From: Candidatus Gastranaerophilales bacterium
GTDB lineage: Bacteria; Cyanobacteriota; Vampirovibrionia; Gastranaerophilales; UBA9971
Assembly (NCBI GenBank): GCA_028281965.1
Contig: JANQIY010000092.1
Location: 1-54,361 of the forward strand
DNA: 54,361 bases
Reading direction: 5' to 3'
Position numbers and translations under genes: made by a program. Shown piece after piece: positions 52,825 to 54,361 of this stretch. Every line of letters begins with the position of its first letter. The first letter of the stretch is position 1. The notes under the pieces were generated by a model that saw only the letters and a program-made list of their open reading frames with translations, searched no databases and was not told where the DNA came from.

Positions 52825-52853
52825 ATTATATAAAATTTAGTTCCGCCTGTTAA
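52825..52853 (-). promoter_or_regulatory. sigma70-type promoter TTAACA-17-TATAAT
   Basis: On the minus strand the -35 is at 52853-52848 and the -10 at 52830-52825, about 50 nt upstream of the leader ORF ATG. Confidence 0.5.
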
Positions 52854-53201
52854 GTGTATTTGATACATTTGTTAAGTTATATTAAGTTAAGAAGCGCTTA
52901 TATATTTACTTTTATTTTTCAGGTTTTTCATTTTTTTTTAAATTTTACTTAAAATTATTTTTGTTTTTAAGTTATTTTCAACTTTTTTTCTTATTTATTT
53001 AATTTTTTATTGCTAAAATCAGATAAATTTTACAAAAAATAATTTTTGAAATTTTAACAAAATTACGTTTAGCATTAACTTTAATTTCTATTAGCGACTC
53101 GAGTCAATTACTTTTTAAGATCACTAAAGTTGCTGAACCAATACTGAAAGAAAGTTAAGGACATGCTAATATTTATTTAAAGTGAACCGGTTTCAGAGTT
53201 T

Positions 53202-54170
53202 ATGTCCATACCTGTATACATACTAAAAAGAATACTTCAGGCGATACCGCTGCTGATTATGGTATCTATAATCAGCTTTATGGTTATAAAGCTAAGCCCT
53301 GTGGACCCGCTGGCGGAATTAAAGATGAACCCGGCAATTTCACCGGAGACCCTTCAAGCGGAAAAAGAGCGTCTGGGACTGGATTTGCCTGCTCATGAGC
53401 AGTATCTGAGATGGGCGGGGAACTTTATCCGTGGGGATCTTGGCGTTTCAACCTCGGGCGAAAAGGTTTCAAACAGGCTTATGGAGAGAATCCCCAATAC
53501 GCTTCTTTTAACAGCGGTGGTAATCCTTGTCACCTGGCTGGCAGCTATACCGCTGGGAATTTACTCTGCTCTCAATTGGAAGACAACGGCCGACAGGGTC
53601 TTGACCATAATATCCTCCGTGGGAATGGCGGTTCCGTCGTTCTTTTTTGCCTTACTGCTGCTGATTTTTGCGGTAAAGACAGGCTGGTTTCCTGTAGGAG
53701 GACTTACCAGCGTTGGGTTTGAAGAGTTCACTCCCGCGGAAAAGTTTATAGATATTGCTCACCATCTTATCCTGCCTGTGATAGTGCTTTCAACAATAAG
53801 CCTTGCGGGCTTGCAGAGGCAAATGCGAGGAAACCTGCTGGATGTCCTGGAATCCGATTATGTAAAAATGGCACGGGCAAAGGGGCTTCCGGAAAACAAA
53901 GTTATTTACAAACACGCTGTGAGAAACGCTGTAAATCCCCTGGTAACAATGCTGGGGTTTGAGTTTGCCGCTCTTTTGAACGGCGCTGCACTTACCGAGT
54001 TTGTTTTGCAATACCCGGGGCTTGGCAGGTTAATCCTCGAAGCGGTTATGAAATCCGACATAAACCTTGTTATGGCCTCGCTTATGATAGGTTCTGTTAT
54101 GCTTATAGCAGGGAATTTAATAGCTGATATCCTGCTTAAGCTGGTTGATCCCAGGGTTAGCCTTGGTTGA
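53202..54170 (+). CDS. ABC transporter permease, Opp/Dpp/Nik (OppB-like) family
   Basis: 322 aa with six hydrophobic segments. N-terminus ILKRILQAIPLLIMVSIISFMVIKLSPVDP and the EAA-type loop DYVKMARAKGLPENKVIYKHAVRNA. Confidence 0.85.
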   Translation: MSIPVYILKRILQAIPLLIMVSIISFMVIKLSPVDPLAELKMNPAISPETLQAEKERLGLDLPAHEQYLRWAGNFIRGDLGVSTSGEKVSNRLMERIPNTLLLTAVVILVTWLAAIPLGIYSALNWKTTADRVLTIISSVGMAVPSFFFALLLLIFAVKTGWFPVGGLTSVGFEEFTPAEKFIDIAHHLILPVIVLSTISLAGLQRQMRGNLLDVLESDYVKMARAKGLPENKVIYKHAVRNAVNPLVTMLGFEFAALLNGAALTEFVLQYPGLGRLILEAVMKSDINLVMASLMIGSVMLIAGNLIADILLKLVDPRVSLG

Positions 54171-54305
54171 CGCATAATTTTTTTAATTCAACCCTCCGGT
54201 CAATTTTTTTTCAAGTATAATGAAAAACTTTAATTTTTCTTTAAAGAGACATCGTCAAACTTAACAGGGCAATTCAGTTCTAAATTGGATAAATTAAACT
54301 TAAAC

Positions 54306-54331
54306 TGTCACCCCGCACTTGATGCGGGGTC
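54306..54331 (+). repeat. TGTCAYYCCG-type hairpin repeat
   Basis: tgtcaccccgcacttgatgcggggtc. Confidence 0.7.
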
Positions 54332-54361
54332 TAGCCAATTAATGCTGATACGCGATAAGTA

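Overview
This is an AT-rich bacterial chromosomal window. I recognised no rRNA, tRNA or CRISPR array. It falls into three blocks.

(1) 0.1-14.0 kb is an envelope glycosylation island. It holds two GT-C/ArnT-like membrane transferases, a polyprenyl-phosphate-type GT2, two GT4, another GT2, a GT9, an FAD oxidoreductase, two methyltransferase-like genes and a divergent XRE/MerR pair.

(2) 14.1-41.4 kb is a minus-strand siphovirus-type head-tail-lysis cluster. It encodes TerS, TerL, a Mu gp29-like portal, protease/scaffold, a decoration-like protein, capsid, connectors, tail tube, a G/GT chaperone with an A_AAA_AAC -1 frameshift, two tape-measure-like paralogues, lambda M/L/K/J-like tip genes, holin plus M15 endolysin, and a CI-like repressor. 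I saw no integrase, transposase or replication genes. Several AT-rich moron insertions interrupt the late operon.

(3) 41.7-52.4 kb is a complete anaerobe-type nif operon, nifH-nifI1-nifI2-nifD-nifK-nifE-nifN-nifX-like-nifB-fdx-modA. An Opp/Dpp-type ABC permease follows it.

Two repeat families pepper the intergenic DNA, including inside the nif operon and the prophage: a dispersed nested-palindrome family and a short TGTCAYYCCG-type hairpin family.

The most interesting candidates are:
- a Gln-codon-rich leader ORF with mutually exclusive hairpins upstream of nifH, possibly a glutamine-sensing attenuator;
- a promoter-to-terminator moron between terminase and portal encoding a P-loop NTPase plus a stand-alone ClpX-type zinc finger, possibly a defence or exclusion module;
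- tandem membrane-protein morons between the tail chaperone and the tape measure;
- a perfect 79-bp inverted repeat bracketing a 5-kb glycosyltransferase/regulator segment.

All family calls come from motif recognition by eye, not from database searches.
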